Shown here piece by piece: positions 12,398-26,584 of a DNA stretch of 64,000 bases. Location of the stretch: the NCBI GenBank assembly GCA_009914755.4, contig CP086569.2:4928001-4992000 (forward strand), read 5' to 3'. The notes beneath the pieces were generated by a model that had not been told where the DNA came from, ran no database searches, and saw only the letters and a list, made by a program, of their open reading frames with translations. The first letter of the stretch is position 1. Each line of letters starts with the position of its first letter. The position numbers and the translations under genes are program-made. Source of the stretch: the human T2T-CHM13v2.0 reference genome, Homo sapiens.

Positions 12398-15116
12398 TGA
12401 TATGGTTTGGCTTTGTCTCCACCAAAACCTCATCTTGAATTGTAACTCCTACAATTGCCACTTGTCATGGGAGGAACGCGGTGGGAGGTGATTGAATTAT
12501 GGGGGCAGGTCTTTCCTGCACTGTTCTCATGATTGTGAATAGTCTTACCAGATTCGATGGTTTTAAAAATGGGAGTTTGCCTGCACAATCTCTCTTCTCT
12601 TGTCTGCTGCCGTGTGAGATATGCCCTTCACCTTCCACCATGATTGTGAGGCCTCCCCAGCCTCGTGGAATTGTAAGTCCAATAAACCTCTTTCCTGTAT
12701 AAATTGTGCAGTCTTGGGTATGTCTTTATCATACCCAAGCATGAAAATGGACTAATACAGTAAATTGGAACCAGTAGAGAGGTGCGCTGCTGAAAAGATA
12801 CCCGAAAATGTGGAAGCAAGTTTGGAACTGGTTGGCAGAGGTTGGAACAGTTTGGAGGGCTCAGAAGAAGACAGGACAATTTGAGAAAGTTTGGAATTTC
12901 CTAGCGACTTGTTAAATGGCTTTGCCCAAGATTCTGATAGTGATAAGGACAATAAAGTCCAGGCTGACGTGGTCTCAGATGAAGATGAGGAACTTGTTGG
13001 GAACTGGAGCAAAGGTGATTCTTGTTATATTTTAGCAAAGGGACTGGAGGCATTTTGCCCATGCCCTAGAAATTTCTGAAACTTTGAACTTGAGAGATAT
13101 GATTTAGGGTATCTGGTAGAAGAGATTTATTTTATTTTATTTCATTTTATTTTATTTTAAATTCTGGGATATATGTGCAGAAAATGCAGATTCATTACAT
13201 AGGTATACGTGTTTCATGGTGGTTTGCTGCACCTATCTACTCATCATCTAGGTTCTAAGCCTCGCATGCATTAGCTATTTGTCCTGATGCTGTCGCTCCC
13301 CTCACCCCCTACCTCCCAACCGGCCCCAGTGTGTGATGTTACCCTCCCTGTGTCCATGTGTTCTCATTGTTCAACTCCCACTTATGAGTGGGAACATGTG
13401 GTTTTTGGTTTTCGGTTCCTGTGTTAGTTTGCTGAGGATGTTGGCATCCAGCTTCATCCATGTCCCTGCAAAGGACAAGATCTCATTCCTTTTTACGGCT
13501 GCATAGTATTCCATGGTGTATATGTACCACATTTTCTTTATCCAGTCTATCACTGATGGGCATTTGGGTTGGTTCCATGTTTTTGCTATTGTAAATAGTG
13601 CTGCAATAAACATAGTGTGCATGTATCTTTATAGTAAAATGATTTATATTCCTTTGGGATTCCTTTGGTTGGTCAAATGGTATTTCTGGTCCTAGATCCT
13701 TGAAGAGTTGCCACACTATCTTCCACAATGGTTGAACTAATTTACATTCCCACCAACAGTGTCAAAGCATTCCTATTTGTTCACAGCCTCCAGCATCTAT
13801 TGTTTCTTGACTTTTTAATAATCATCATTCTGACTGGCATGAGATGGTATCTCATTGTGGTTTTGATTTGTATTTCTCTAATGATCAGTGATGTTGAGGT
13901 TTTTTTTTTGTATGTTTGTTGGCCACATAAATGTCTTCTTCTGAGAAGTGTCTGTTCATATCCTTTGCCCCCTTTTTGATGGGGTTGTTTGTGGGGTTTT
14001 TTTTTTTTTTTTTTTTTTTGTAACTTTGTGTGAGTTCCTTGTAGATTCTGGATATTAGACCTTTGTCCAGTGGGTAGATTGCAAAAATTTTCTCCTATTC
14101 TGTAGGTTGCCTGGTGGAAGAAATTTCTAAGCAGCAAATCATTCAAGATGTGACTTGGGTGCTGTTAAAGGCATTCAGTTTTATAAGGGAAGGAGAGCAT
14201 AAAAGTTCAGAAAATTCAGAGCCTGACAATGTAATGGAAAAGAAAATCTCATTTTCTGAGGAGAAATTCAAGCGGGCTGAAGAAATTTGCACAAGTAACA
14301 AGGAGCCCAATGTTAATCCCCAAGACAAAGGGGTCCAGGGCATGTTAGAGGTCTTCATGGCAGCCCCTCTAATCACAGGCTCAGAGGCCTAGGAGGATAA
14401 CATGGTTTTGTGGGCCAGGCTCAAGGTCCCCATGCTGTGTACAGCCCAGGGACTTGGTGCCCTAAGTCCCAGGAGCTCCAGCCATGGCTGAAAAGGGCCA
14501 ACATGGAACTCAGGCCATGGCTTCAGAGGGTGCAAGCCTCAAGCTTTGGCAGTATCCACGTGGTATAGAGCCTGCAATTGCACAGAAGTCAAGAATTGCG
14601 GTTTGGGAACCTCTGACTAGATTTCAGAGGATGTATGGAAATGCCTGGATGTCCAGGCAGAAGTTTGCTGCAGGGGCAGCGTTCTCAAGAAGAACCTCTG
14701 CCAGCACAGTTTGAAAGCAATGTGAGAACATGAGATTTGGGAAGGGCCAGGGGTGGAATGATATGGTTTGGCTGAGTCCCCACCCAAACCTCATCTTGAA
14801 TTGTAACACCCACAATTGCCATGTGTCGTGGGAGGAACCCAGAGGGAGGTGATTGAAATGGGGACGGGTCTTTCCTATGCTGTTCTTGTGAAAGTGAATG
14901 AGTCTCAGGAGATCTGATGGTTTTAAAAATGAGAGTTTGCCTGCACAAGCTCTCTTCTCTTGTCTGCTGCCATGTGAGACTTGCCTTTCCCCTTCTGTTA
15001 TGATTATGAGGCCTCTCCAGCCACCTGGAACTGTAAATCCAATAAACCTCTTTCCTGTATAAGTTGCCCAGTCTTGGATAAATCTTTATCAGCAGTGTGA
15101 AAATGGACTAATACCA
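12398..15116 (+). mobile_element. THE1-family MaLR (ERVL-MaLR) element with LTR-internal-LTR structure. 5' LTR 12398-12759, 3' LTR 14759-15116, internal region partly deleted. Inserted into the 5'UTR of L1 no.1.
   Basis: Both LTRs begin tgatatggtttggct…ccaccaaaacctcatcttgaattgtaac…gtgggaggtgattgaa…gattgtgaggcctccccagcc…ggaattgtaagtccaataaacctctttcctgtataa…ggactaataca. Internal sequence matches THE1-int (gtaaattggaaccagtagagaggtgcgctgctgaaaagatacccgaaaatgtggaagcaagtttggaactgg…, …aaatttctaagcagcaaatcattcaagatgtgacttgggtgctgttaaaggcattcagttttataaggga…). The two LTRs differ by roughly 15-20%, so the element is ancient. A short CTTT(C) duplication flanks it in the host L1. Confidence 0.85.
13126..14111 (-). 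mobile_element. L1PA-type 3' fragment (ORF2 C-terminus and 3'UTR) inserted into the THE1 internal region
   Basis: Minus-strand ORFs [59 protein letters not shown]… and …[20 protein letters not shown]…. The L1 3'UTR antisense is at 13140-13330 with a T-rich tail at 13126-13175. 13-bp TSD ctggtagaagaga (13113-13125) and ctggtggaagaaa (14111-14123). Confidence 0.88.
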
Positions 15117-16800
15117 CTTTCCAGGTCCTAAAAGAGACTTGAACCCCAAGCCCAATACTACTGTCATCCATGGAGACTCATAGAAGCACTGCCTTCGTGG
15201 TCTTGTAAAAGATTTGGAAGAATTAAAGTTGGAGGCACCAACACTGTGACTGTGCTTGGGCAGACCTGAAACCAGCACAGCACTGGGTCTCACCCAAGGC
15301 CCACTGTAACCACTACCAGGCTCCTTTCTATGTTAACTCAAGGCCCTAGGGCTCTACAATCAGCAGGTGGGAAATCCAGCCATGTTTGTGACCTCTTCTT
15401 CAGGGCAGCAAGTTTTCCAGGCCCTGTGCAGGTCCAGAGATGCTATCTGGGAACTAAGAATTAGAGTCAAATACCTTAAAAATCTACCTGGTATTCTATT
15501 GTACTATGGCTAAGCTGGTTCTTGAACCACAAGACAAAGTCCTTCTCCTCTTCTCTCCCCTTTTCACAGGCAGAGGAGCCTCTCCCAGTGGACACCACCA
15601 CCACCAGCCCACAGGGATTTCTGCCAGGCCACTGCTAATGTTCACTTAAAGCCCAAGGGCTGCTCAGTCAGCTTGTGGTAAATGCTGCCAGGCCTGGGAC
15701 TCACCCTTCAGGGAAGTGGGCTCCCCTCTGGCCCAGGGCACGTTCATAAATGTTATCCAAGAGGCTAGGCCTGGACTTAGGGACCCCAAGAGCCTGCTTT
15801 ATGCTGTACCCCACTGTGGCTAAGCTGATACCTAAGGTGTAAGAAAAGTTCCCTTTGCTTTTCCCTCTGCTTTTCTGAAGCAGTAGGAGTCTTTCATCAC
15901 AGCCACCACAGCTGGGAATGTGCTGGGTGTCACCTGAAGCCAGCATGTCTCACAATCTCACTGAAGTCCCACCATGTACTATCTGGTTATCACTGATGGT
16001 TACTCAGAGCCTATTGAATTATGCCACAATTGTGTCCTTCCCTTCAAATCAGCAGATTACTTTCTGGCCCAGGGTATGTCTAGCATGTCATCCAACATCC
16101 AGGGCCTAGAAATAGGGACCTCACAACTCTGCCTAGTGCCCTATCCTATTTTGGCTGAGCTGGTATCCAAGATGCAAGGCAAAGTCCTCTTTACTCTTTG
16201 CTCTCCTCTCCTCAAGCACTGCCTGGGGCTGGGGGGATTGGAGGGGGAAGTTGACACAAGCACTCCCTTAGTTTCCCCGGTTGATGTCTCCCTAGGTCAC
16301 ATGTTGCTCTGGTCCCCTGGCTCTAGGCCCAGCCCAGCACTAGGACATGCTTAGGAATTTTAGTCTTTGTGCTTTTGACTGCCTTTCAAATTTACCCAGG
16401 ATCTCAGAGCGCTTTACCCCATGGTGGCAAGGCTTGATGAGAAACTCAAGTTCCAACCACTGGGATGGGGAATTCCCCTCTGGCTAGGGCTGGTCCAAAT
16501 GTTCATTCTGTGGGTGGGTGATGGCTGAGCCCAGCAAGACTTTGCTCACCACTGTGACAGGGCAGCACTGAGTCCAATGCCAAGTCCTCCAGTCGCTGTT
16601 GTTTCTCTCTCCCAAGTGCAAAGATTCTCTCCTTGCATACAGCCACTGCCAGCGATATGGGAGGGGTGACATCCATGATACACGACTGTCTTTCCTAGCC
16701 TTCTCAGTGCCTCTTTTGGTGATATGAAGTTAAAACCAAGTAATGTGATTGCTAACCTGATTTTTGACCTTATGACATTGCTTTTTTTGTGTGTGTAGTT
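15117..16800 (-). mobile_element. Remainder of the long 5'UTR of L1 no.1, downstream of the THE1 insertion, up to the L1 5' terminus
   Basis: Collinear with the 5'UTR of L1 no.2 (47700-49432), e.g. …cacaggcagaggagcctctccc…, …ccccactgtggc[t/c]aagctg[a/g]ta[c/t]c…caaagtcc…. Both copies end at the same point (…ttt[c/t]tgtgtgtag) next to unrelated flanks. Contains three to four ~300-bp internally repeated subunits. Confidence 0.65.
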
Positions 16801-17793
16801 AGTTGTTAGACTTTTATGTTCCTGTCAAGTGGACAATCAGTGGAGGCTTCTGGTTGGCCATTTTTCTCTGGGGTGGGACAGAGATTTTACCAAAGACTAA
16901 TTAATGCATTTTGAAAATTGGATAAATATTTCCTCATTCAATAGTTTCAGAATTTCATTATTAAGACAAAACTATTGCTACATGTTTTGAATGTTTTAGA
17001 AATTGCTGATTATGTTATTGATTATATCTAAAATCTCAATATATCTGCACATGAAAAAAAGAGAAATAATGCTACTTTTTTATTTACCTAAGACATAATA
17101 TTTTACATATTTATGGGATACTTGTGAGTATTTGTCACATGTATAGAATGAGTAATGATCAAGTCAGTGTATTTGAAGCATCCATCACCTTGACTATTTA
17201 TCATTTGTATGGGTTGGTAACATTTCATGTCCTCTTTTCCACCTACTTTGAATTATACAATATATTTTTACCAACTATAGTCACTTTAGAATGCTACTTA
17301 TTCTTAATTTTGCCACTCCTCCTTCAACAAAGTATAGAATTATGGTGACTTTTAAAACATTACGTTTTGAAAAGTATGCATATTCATATACTTGACTACA
17401 AATTATAAAACCTAATTAAAATTATTTTCTTATACAATCACCAAATCTATACTGTTCTGTATTGTATTGTTCTACGGTAAGAGAGTTTTTGTGTTTCAGT
17501 CTTGATACTTTGCTCACGATAATCCAATGCAAATCAGTACAACACAAACTGACTATTCAAACATGTAGTGTTTTGAAATCACAGCCCAAGATATATGCTT
17601 CTTCCTAAATTTTCACATTAAAAACGTCAATGTAAGGTGACATGTATTGGTAGTTAGATCAGAAAAGAAGTAAATAATTCTGAGTTCTATTCCTTGAACT
17701 TCTAATGATTTTAATACACCATGTATATGTTTAGCAGGTGCAAAAAAATGTATGAGTACCACACAAATATTACAGTTTAAAAAATAGCCTCTA

Positions 17794-18110
<317 letters not shown>

Positions 18111-18736
18111 TTATAGTGAGACATGGGATTATTGATAAATCAATTTTAATAAATAGTATAAAATCCTAAAACAACTAAAGTATCTAAATGTAATTTAACT
18201 TTTAATTACAGTATTATGTGATAAGAATACGAGTGTGAATATTTCCCATGCAATCCATTAAAATTTAATATTTTATTAAATTAAGAAACACCATAAATAG
18301 CTTGATATCTTAAAATATTATATTATTAAATTAAAATATATCATGAAAGATAATGTCACATTCTTCAGTGAACAATCAGAAATCCTTGTCTTGAATGAAT
18401 TATCAACTAAATATATTTACTTTTATTAAATACATGCATAAATGTTAATAGAAAATTAATCTGTGTTAAATGAATGTGTCTTTCTGAAGATTTCTGTACA
18501 TCATATTATATGGCTCAGATTAAGACACACACTTTACAAAATCTAGCATTTCTGAGTATAAAATCTTCTGACAAAATTTTTTTTCTTATGAGCACCTACC
18601 ATGTGATTTTAGAGTAACATACATGCATTAATTTTCTCTCAATGAACTACATTTAGCTATTTATTGGCTACTTCCAAATACACACAAATAATTATTTGAA
18701 TAAAGATTATAGCTCAGGAAGCTATAAAGTTGTTGC

Positions 18737-19045
18737 TTTTTTTTTTTTTTTTTTTTTTTTTTTGAGAGGGAGTCTTACTCTGTTGCCCAGGCTGGAGTGT
18801 AGTGGGGTGATCTCAGCTCATGCAACCTACACCTCCCGGGTTCAAGCGATTCTCTGCCTTGGCCTCCTGAGTAGCTGGGATTGCAGGCTCCCGCCCCCAC
18901 ACCCAGCTAATTTTTTTTGTATTTTTTAGTAAAGACGGGGTTTTGCCATCTTGGCCAGGCTGGTCTTGAACTCCTGACCTCGTCATCCACCCGCCTCAGC
19001 CTCCCAAAGTACTGGGATTACAGACGTGAGCCACCGCGCCCGGCC
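18737..19045 (-). mobile_element. Alu SINE (young AluS/Y-like, CpGs retained)
   Basis: A 33-nt poly-T, then gagagggagtcttactctgttgcccaggctggagtgtagtgg… ending gattacagacgtgagccaccgcgcccggcc. Short gttgc(t) TSD. Confidence 0.92.
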
Positions 19046-21765
19046 GTTGCTCATTTTTTAGGAACACATTTCTGTGATTTTCAGTTTATTATACCGTTGT
19101 AGGTAACCTAAAAATAGCTGTGCATTTTCGATATATTAGATATTTTTATGTTGTTATTGAAGGAAAAAAACCTAGCTTTCTACTTGAAAGAGATGATACT
19201 TGTTCATTAATATTTATGTGTTTTAAAAGTGAGGGAGAATATTTTTTCAAAAATTAAATATTGCCTCTTTTGGCATATTGGCACATAAGCAAGCCAGCAC
19301 TTAATAATACAAATAATTTCTTTAACATATTTTACTTTTCTTGACTTCATTTCAGTTGAAATTACATTGCAATTTCTGCAATTAGTGATCTTAGCTTTAC
19401 TGTTTTCCCTGTCAGTTCAATGAAGTAGTGATTGGACAAAATGTGGAGGATTGGGCTACAAAACATTTAATCTATGCATAACTGAAAGCCTAAAAGATCT
19501 CTAGCAGATTTCCTGGGTTGTTATCCCATAAGGCTCATAATTTCTAAAATACACCAAAGTTTATGTTTAGGAATACACATTTTTTACAAAATAAATACAC
19601 TGATATTCTCTTAGTCTTTCATCAAAGTACTAAATGATCTTTGCCTTTCTAACTTCCATGGGCCACTGGTCCTTGGTGATGGAGCCATGACCTGGAGCTA
19701 AAAAACAAAATGAACATATCCAGAAATATAATGTCTTGGCTGCTGTAACTTACAAGGAAATGTTCACTGTATGAAAAACAGCTTCACAGAAATACTAAGT
19801 TGTCAATTTATCAGTCAAAATTATGTGTAACCGCCAGTGTACGATCATATACAAATCCTAATATAAAATTTTAATTTGCCTTTAAATAGCTTGAATTTCA
19901 TTGACAAACATCCTACCACAGGCATAACTTTCTTGAAGTTTAAAATAGCAGCATTAATGTATTAATTATAATCTTGCATTTTTAGATGATTGATAGAGTT
20001 AAAAAGAGATATTCCAACTCATTTATAATCTTGCGAGGCTGAAATACTAAGTAAACTATTAGTTCAACTTGTCACTTTAATATAAGTACACTGTTGAAAT
20101 TCCTAAGGATATAGTCTAGCTGCTTGGCAATGGATTGCAGTGAAATTCATTGAGAGTTCATTGAACATGGAAAGGATGTAATTTATTTAAATCCTTCACT
20201 TATTAAATCAGGATTTGAATTTTTTTAATATTTTATTTTTTTCCAACTAATGAAATGGACTTGAAAAGAATTAGCAAAATCTTTGTAGAGTTGTGACAAA
20301 GTAATTCTGATGACTATGTTGTCTACTAAAGTTTTTACTGATAAGCGCTGAAGGCTGAATTGAGATGAATACATTCACTGTTGTTTAGAGGATTTGTTTT
20401 TATTTTGATTTGTTTTACAGAAAGATATTCAGTTTTAAATACCTTATAGAATAGTCTTGCCCATATCTCCCTTTCCATATAAATAATAAGATCGTATTCT
20501 TGCATATTTAATGAGCATATAGATTAACAAAAAGTTTACAAAGGAACTCCTGTGTTTCTTAATAAATAATCATATAAGTAACAGAAGGTAAAATTTTTCC
20601 ACAGCTTTATTAAATTGATTAGTAAGTACAGACTTTTGAAGCATAAAGTTTTAAATATGTAAAAATTTAGCTTCTGATTTTGTGTCTTTGTCTCTACCTC
20701 CCTCATACTTTTTGATTTCATGGGGTTTTTTGTTGTTGTTCTTTGCATTTAAGTTATGCATTTGCTCTCAGCCGTGCTTTCATCTATTCTTTTGAGATTT
20801 CAAATATTAAAACCTTAAGTGTGATCTTTGCAGGTGTATTGTCAAGATAAAATTCATGAATTCTCTCTAAGAGAAATGTCTTTAGACTTAGTAAAGGGTT
20901 ACTACTATAGTGTTTTCTGATTGATGCAAGTACTGTGGAGCTTAAAAGTCAAAATGGTAGATATGAAAATGAGTTTTTTGGGGAATACTTTATTTGCATC
21001 AAATAATGTGTAAGATATATTGGCACATCTGTATGATTATGTGTCCTCAGCCCTGTCATACCCATCATTTCTTTCACTGAATTACAGAAGGGATTCCTAA
21101 GGAGAAAACCACATAATTCCTAAGTTTGTAATTGGCAATTATAAGGAAAGACAAGCTTTAAATTAAATCTTGATAAAAACTGATCATGCTCTTTCTAAAA
21201 TGACAACATAGACTTTTTCTCTCCTCCTCTGCTCTAATAAATGAATTAGGCACAACTGTAGATTTCAAGACGTTCATGATGTTTTAGAAGCTTAGGGAGA
21301 TAGAAAGATCAATTACACCTGGTACCTGCCCTTAGGGAGCTTGTAGTCAAATTAGTGCAGATAAGAAACAAAGGCATATAATTATAAACTCAGGAAAAAA
21401 CTGATTCCAGAATGAAGATAAAGTCTGGACCACAGGATACCAGAGGAAGGAGAGATCTATTTAGACAGAAGGATTACAGTGCAGGTGGTTCTTAAGCAGG
21501 TTGTTGAAAGATCAAATTTAGATATGTGGGTCATCAGGAAAAAAAGGTGTTTCAGAAATAAGAACAGGACTATTAAAGGCACTAACACAGGAAATCTCTG
21601 GTGTACACTGATACAAATCAAATAGTTCAGTTTCATCGGGTTAATGTAGGAAACAGAGTTGTTACAAGGAAATTTGAAATGTTTGATTTGGATCTTGGAT
21701 GCCAGGTCAAAGAGTTCAGTTGACATTTACAATTTTGGGGATTGAGAGTCAGAACAACACTTTCA

Positions 21766-22063
<298 letters not shown>

Positions 22064-25000
22064 GGAACAACACTTTCAGAAGTTTATTTTGGCAGGGATT
22101 CCAGTAAAAAATCTGTCTCTAATATGTTTCACTGTATTTCTAACCATTGCTACTAAAAATACACCAACGATGGTGTGCTGCAGCCAACAAGTACCCGCTT
22201 GTGAGAGCCAATTGTGCATCTCTTTCCAATTCTATCTAGTGATATCATGTTGTTAGCTTGAAACAGGAAATAGTGGGAGTATTTATGCCGCATAAATTGG
22301 CAAATCCTACAACAGGGTGTTTTTCACCTCTTTTGAGAATTGGTCATTAAATTTTTGACCAATATACCACTGGATGGACACAACACTCTCTATGTTAGTG
22401 TCTACTGGTGATTTTTAAGCATGTAGGTTTTATTTCTCATCAGACCTTTCAAATTGGTAATAGACTCTCTATGAAAAATAGGAGTATTATCACTGTGGCT
22501 TTAATATAAAAGGGAAATGATAATCTACCAAACGCAAAATTATAGTTTGATCCTCCAAGGATTTAAAGACCTTCCAAAATATAATCTTTGGAAAGTACCA
22601 TCTATTTCTTGGAGCAAATTAACTAAAAACTAAAAACATGTGTTGTTTGTTTTACATTGATATTGGCACTGTTGTAAATTCTTTTTGTTTTTTGCTCCAC
22701 ATAGTGTGTGTTGGCTGATCCAAAAATAAAAAAAGCAAGACAGGGGTGCCAAGGAAAATAGTACTATTTTTTTTTTTATCTGAGAAGATCAAATGAGCAA
22801 CATAAATGCCTAAAAAATTACTAGAAAGACAATGCAAATACTTTATTAAACTGAGTAAAATAGCACCATATTTATAGATGATCCACATTATAGTCAATTT
22901 TAGCAAAACATATCCTTCATTACTATTAGAAATACAAAAACTTTTACAAAAATCTTGACTCAAGGCTCTTCTCAAATATAGTTGTCTCCAACATACTTTC
23001 CCATGGGATTAAGTGGTGTTACCTTTGTATTTAAAACATTGTATAATCTGTATAGATTTCCCTTTGAGCTCACAAAATTCAATTAAGAAAAAACATTAAC
23101 AAAGGGGAAACCAAATATCCACCTATGCATACACATGCTTACATGAAAAAATAAAATCTAAAATACAAAAGGGGCAAAGAGCAATGGTTTATTTTCTCTT
23201 CTTTAGGATATATCTTGAGAGGAGTAAGATATTTTTGTAATAATACCGTACATTTTAATGGTGTTTAAACACACACTATCTCCTTTGCATAATATATTAA
23301 TGTGAAGTATAAAGATTTAGAAAATATACACAATTGATTATCGTATTAATACTGTATCATTTATATTTGGCAATAATTTATATTTCACATTTCTCCATTT
23401 ATATTATTTGAAATGTAAATATTTTTGTTCCCTGTTTTCTATGGGTGTAACCAGTAAAAACTAGGGTTCTACTGCAGTGATTCTTTTTATGCCTTGATAG
23501 ACCTTGTTTTATAGGGAGGAACTGAGTCAGGAGCAGTGAAATTGATAGAGCCTCCAGCTCTTTTTGCCAATCAAAACATTTAAGATGATTCTGTTATTTA
23601 TGTACTTTAGCTTTGAGCCTTTGCTTAGCTATATTTAAACTTTAGGATGTGATGCTATTGGGCTATTTATTGAAAGCTGACATATGGCACAGTGAAACCT
23701 AAACAGAAAATATTTATGGCTTAAATTTCCAGGTTAGGTATAGAAAGGTGAACAGCATTTTCTACTTTTTGTTGTTGTTGTTTCTAAGAAGTCAGAGTAA
23801 ATAGTTTCCCCATCTTCTCATCTTTCAGTCAGAAATTTGAAATCCATTGTGGAAGGAATACAGAGGCATATTTTTGGAAGTCTAATTTAGGAACATGCAC
23901 ACAATGTATTTTCCAGCAGTGAGAAGGTTTTAGCACCCCAGAAAAAAAGCAAGCCTTATCCAGCTCAATGAATTGTCAAAATCAAAGTAGCTATATGCAC
24001 AGGAGCCACTTTGGATTACCCATTCCTTTTATGGATGAGCTTTAAGTGCACAATGGAAAGCTGCCTGGGAGGGAAAAGAATATTTGCATTCTGATGTCTG
24101 GGAGGTAAAATAATACTTGCTGATGACTTTTTTCAGGTCAGGCTAAAGTAATGACATTTGTATCAGCATTAGAAGTAGAAGTACTTAGTAATATACCATG
24201 TTTGTGGATGCCTTAAAATGAAGGAATTTCATGGTTTAGAAGAAATGACCAGTAGTCTAACTTACTGAGGTTTGGAGAAGACATGATCTTCCAGGAACAC
24301 ATCATTTCAAAATACAAATAATTCTTGATTACCTATTGATATAAAGCTTTTCTTTTGAAAAAAAAAAAACCGACTTTCTCTCTCTTCCTCAACATTTATC
24401 TTCTCAGTTTGGTTATGTTCAAAGTGTCCCTTCTCTCAAATACTCATTATTTAAAACTTTGAGACGAAAGAACTTCCATTTTGTAAGATATGGCTCAAAG
24501 TAAATGAAACAAAAAAGCTTTTATTTAAAGAATAAGCTATCTAGTTTCAATGAGTAAATGCAAGGCACCTAACATTGATAAGCCAGATAACGAATTACCA
24601 AACAATTCAAAACTTAGTTATATTAATTACTGAAAAAGAATATACTTCGTTCTTTTTACATAGCTACTTATCAAAAGAAGCTAAATGTGGCAAAAAGTCT
24701 GAATTTTAATAAATGATTTAGAGGAAAGTAACACTCTTTGGTTGAAAGTGCTACGTGTTAAATGTCTATTAGAAAAATAAATTCATTCTGTGGCATAGGT
24801 AGCTCATGATTTCTCATCAAATACAGTTGTTGATGAAAAGACTTAAACTCCGTATTTGAAGAGATTTATTCTGAGCCAAATATGAGTGACCATGGCCCGT
24901 GACACAGCCCTCAGGAGGTCCTGAGAACATGTGCCCCAGGTGGATGGGGCACAGCTTCGTTTTATATATTTTAGGAAGACATAAGACATCAATCAAATAC

Positions 25001-25884
25001 ATTTAAGAAATACATTTGTTTGGTTCAGAAAGGTGGGAAAACTCTAAATGAAGGCTTCCAGGCTAATGGTAAATTTAAACATTTTCTGGTTGACAATTGG
25101 TTGAGTTTATCTGAAGACCTGGGATCAATAGAAAGGAAATGTTTAGGTTAGGATAAAGGATTGTGGAGACCACGTTTTACAGTGCAGAGGAAGCTCTCAG
25201 ATAGCCAACTTCAGAGAGAGCAGGTTGTAAAATGTTTCTTATTGGACCTAAAAGGTTGCCTATCTCTTAGCTGATTATCTCCTGGATCTGGAAAGGAAGG
25301 AAGGAAAGCAAAGGGGAAAGGGGATTCTCTGTAGAATGTGGATTTTTCCCACAAGAGACATTGCAGGATAATTTCAAGGTATGCAAGGAAATATATTTTG
25401 GGGTAAAACATTTTGTTTTTTTCTCTTGTTATGCTTGTTATGCCAGAGTCAGATTGGAAAGTAAGTCAGTCATGATATACAAGGTTAAAGGTTAACTAAA
25501 ACCCATCTGATAAGAATTTATGGTTTGTAGGGCATGACTCCCCTGACCCCTTAGAAGGAAATTTGGGCAATATAAAAAAAAATCACAGCTTAGTCCTCAC
25601 AGTTTTAGAGGATCTCCTGTGGAACTTAAGGAGAGTCACATCCTTTCTTGAAAAATTAATTGGAATTTTAATTTTAGTAAGATTGAATTTAGCCTTTGAA
25701 AGATTAAAATTGTATTTATGGATAGAAAAAAATAGTATCTGTAGATAAACAGGTATTTTAATTAAAAATAAATATTCTGTAAATATTTTATACTAAGGTA
25801 ATTCTCCCTTGTCTAGTTAGTATATTTTTATACTTTATTATTACAAAATTAAGTTTTTCTTAGCACCAATGATTGTCAGCGTTG

Positions 25885-26183
25885 TTTTTTGTTTGTTTGT
25901 TTTTTCTTGACATGGAGTCTCGCTTTGCTGTCCAGTCTGGAGTGCAGTGGCACAATCTCTGCTCACTGCAGCCTCTGCCTCTCAGTGATTCTCCTGCCTC
26001 AGCCTCCCGAGTAGCTGGGGTTACAGGCACCCACCACAATGCTGGGCTAATTTTTTGTATTTTTAGCAGAGACGGGGTTTCGCCACGTTGGGCAGGCTGG
26101 TCTCGAACTCCTGACCTCAGGTGATCTGCCTGCCTCGGGCTCCCAAGGTGCTGGGATTACAGGCATGAGCCACCAGGCCCAGC
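25885..26183 (-). mobile_element. Alu SINE
   Basis: A T-rich tail, then gacatggagtctcgctttgctgtccagtctggagtgcagtggcacaatctctgctcactgcagcc… ending gctgggattacaggcatgagccaccaggcccagc. TSD tgtcag[c/t]gt. Confidence 0.9.
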
Positions 26184-26584
26184 TGTCAGTGTGTTTTAAT
26201 TTCCAAATGTAACAAAATATTTGGCTTAAAAATAGAGGTATTATTGACATATACATACCAATATTTTGGTGACCCTGAAACCCACATTGATTCATTTTCT
26301 GCTTTCGGTTAGCGGTACAAGCTTGTATTACATGAAAATAAAATTACCTTTACTTCTTAGAAAAGCTGGCATTCATACTTCAAGAAAAATATTTTCAGAA
26401 GATAAGTTAGGTATTGATGTAAATTGAAGGTTTTTTGTTGTATTTCATATCATCTTATTGGTATGAATATAAAGGATAGTAGAATGATTTTCCATCATGA
26501 AATTCATAATTTACTGGAAGCATGTTTTGATGCTGTCCATTTATTTAGTATTCACTAAAGATTGCAGTATATGTACAGTACACT

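Noticed and set aside
12398-15116. Considered calling the two THE1 LTRs as independent solo LTRs or as a DNA transposon with terminal inverted repeats
   Set aside because: Both LTR copies are in the same (direct) orientation. They are separated by sequence matching THE1 internal region at both ends. That fits a single LTR-int-LTR retroelement, with the internal length explained by partial deletion plus the nested L1PA fragment.
15974-16354. 126-aa ORF on the plus strand
   Set aside because: It falls in the internally repetitive 5'UTR of L1 no.1, antisense to the element. The paralogous region in L1 no.2 (48276-48569) gives an unrelated 'protein', so the frame is not conserved.
24880-24960. 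Local cluster of CpGs (catggcccgtgacacagccctcaggaggtcctgagaacatgtgccccaggtggatggggcacagcttcg)
   Set aside because: It is far too short and CpG-sparse to be a CpG island or promoter. There is no supporting TATA/Inr context or downstream ORF.
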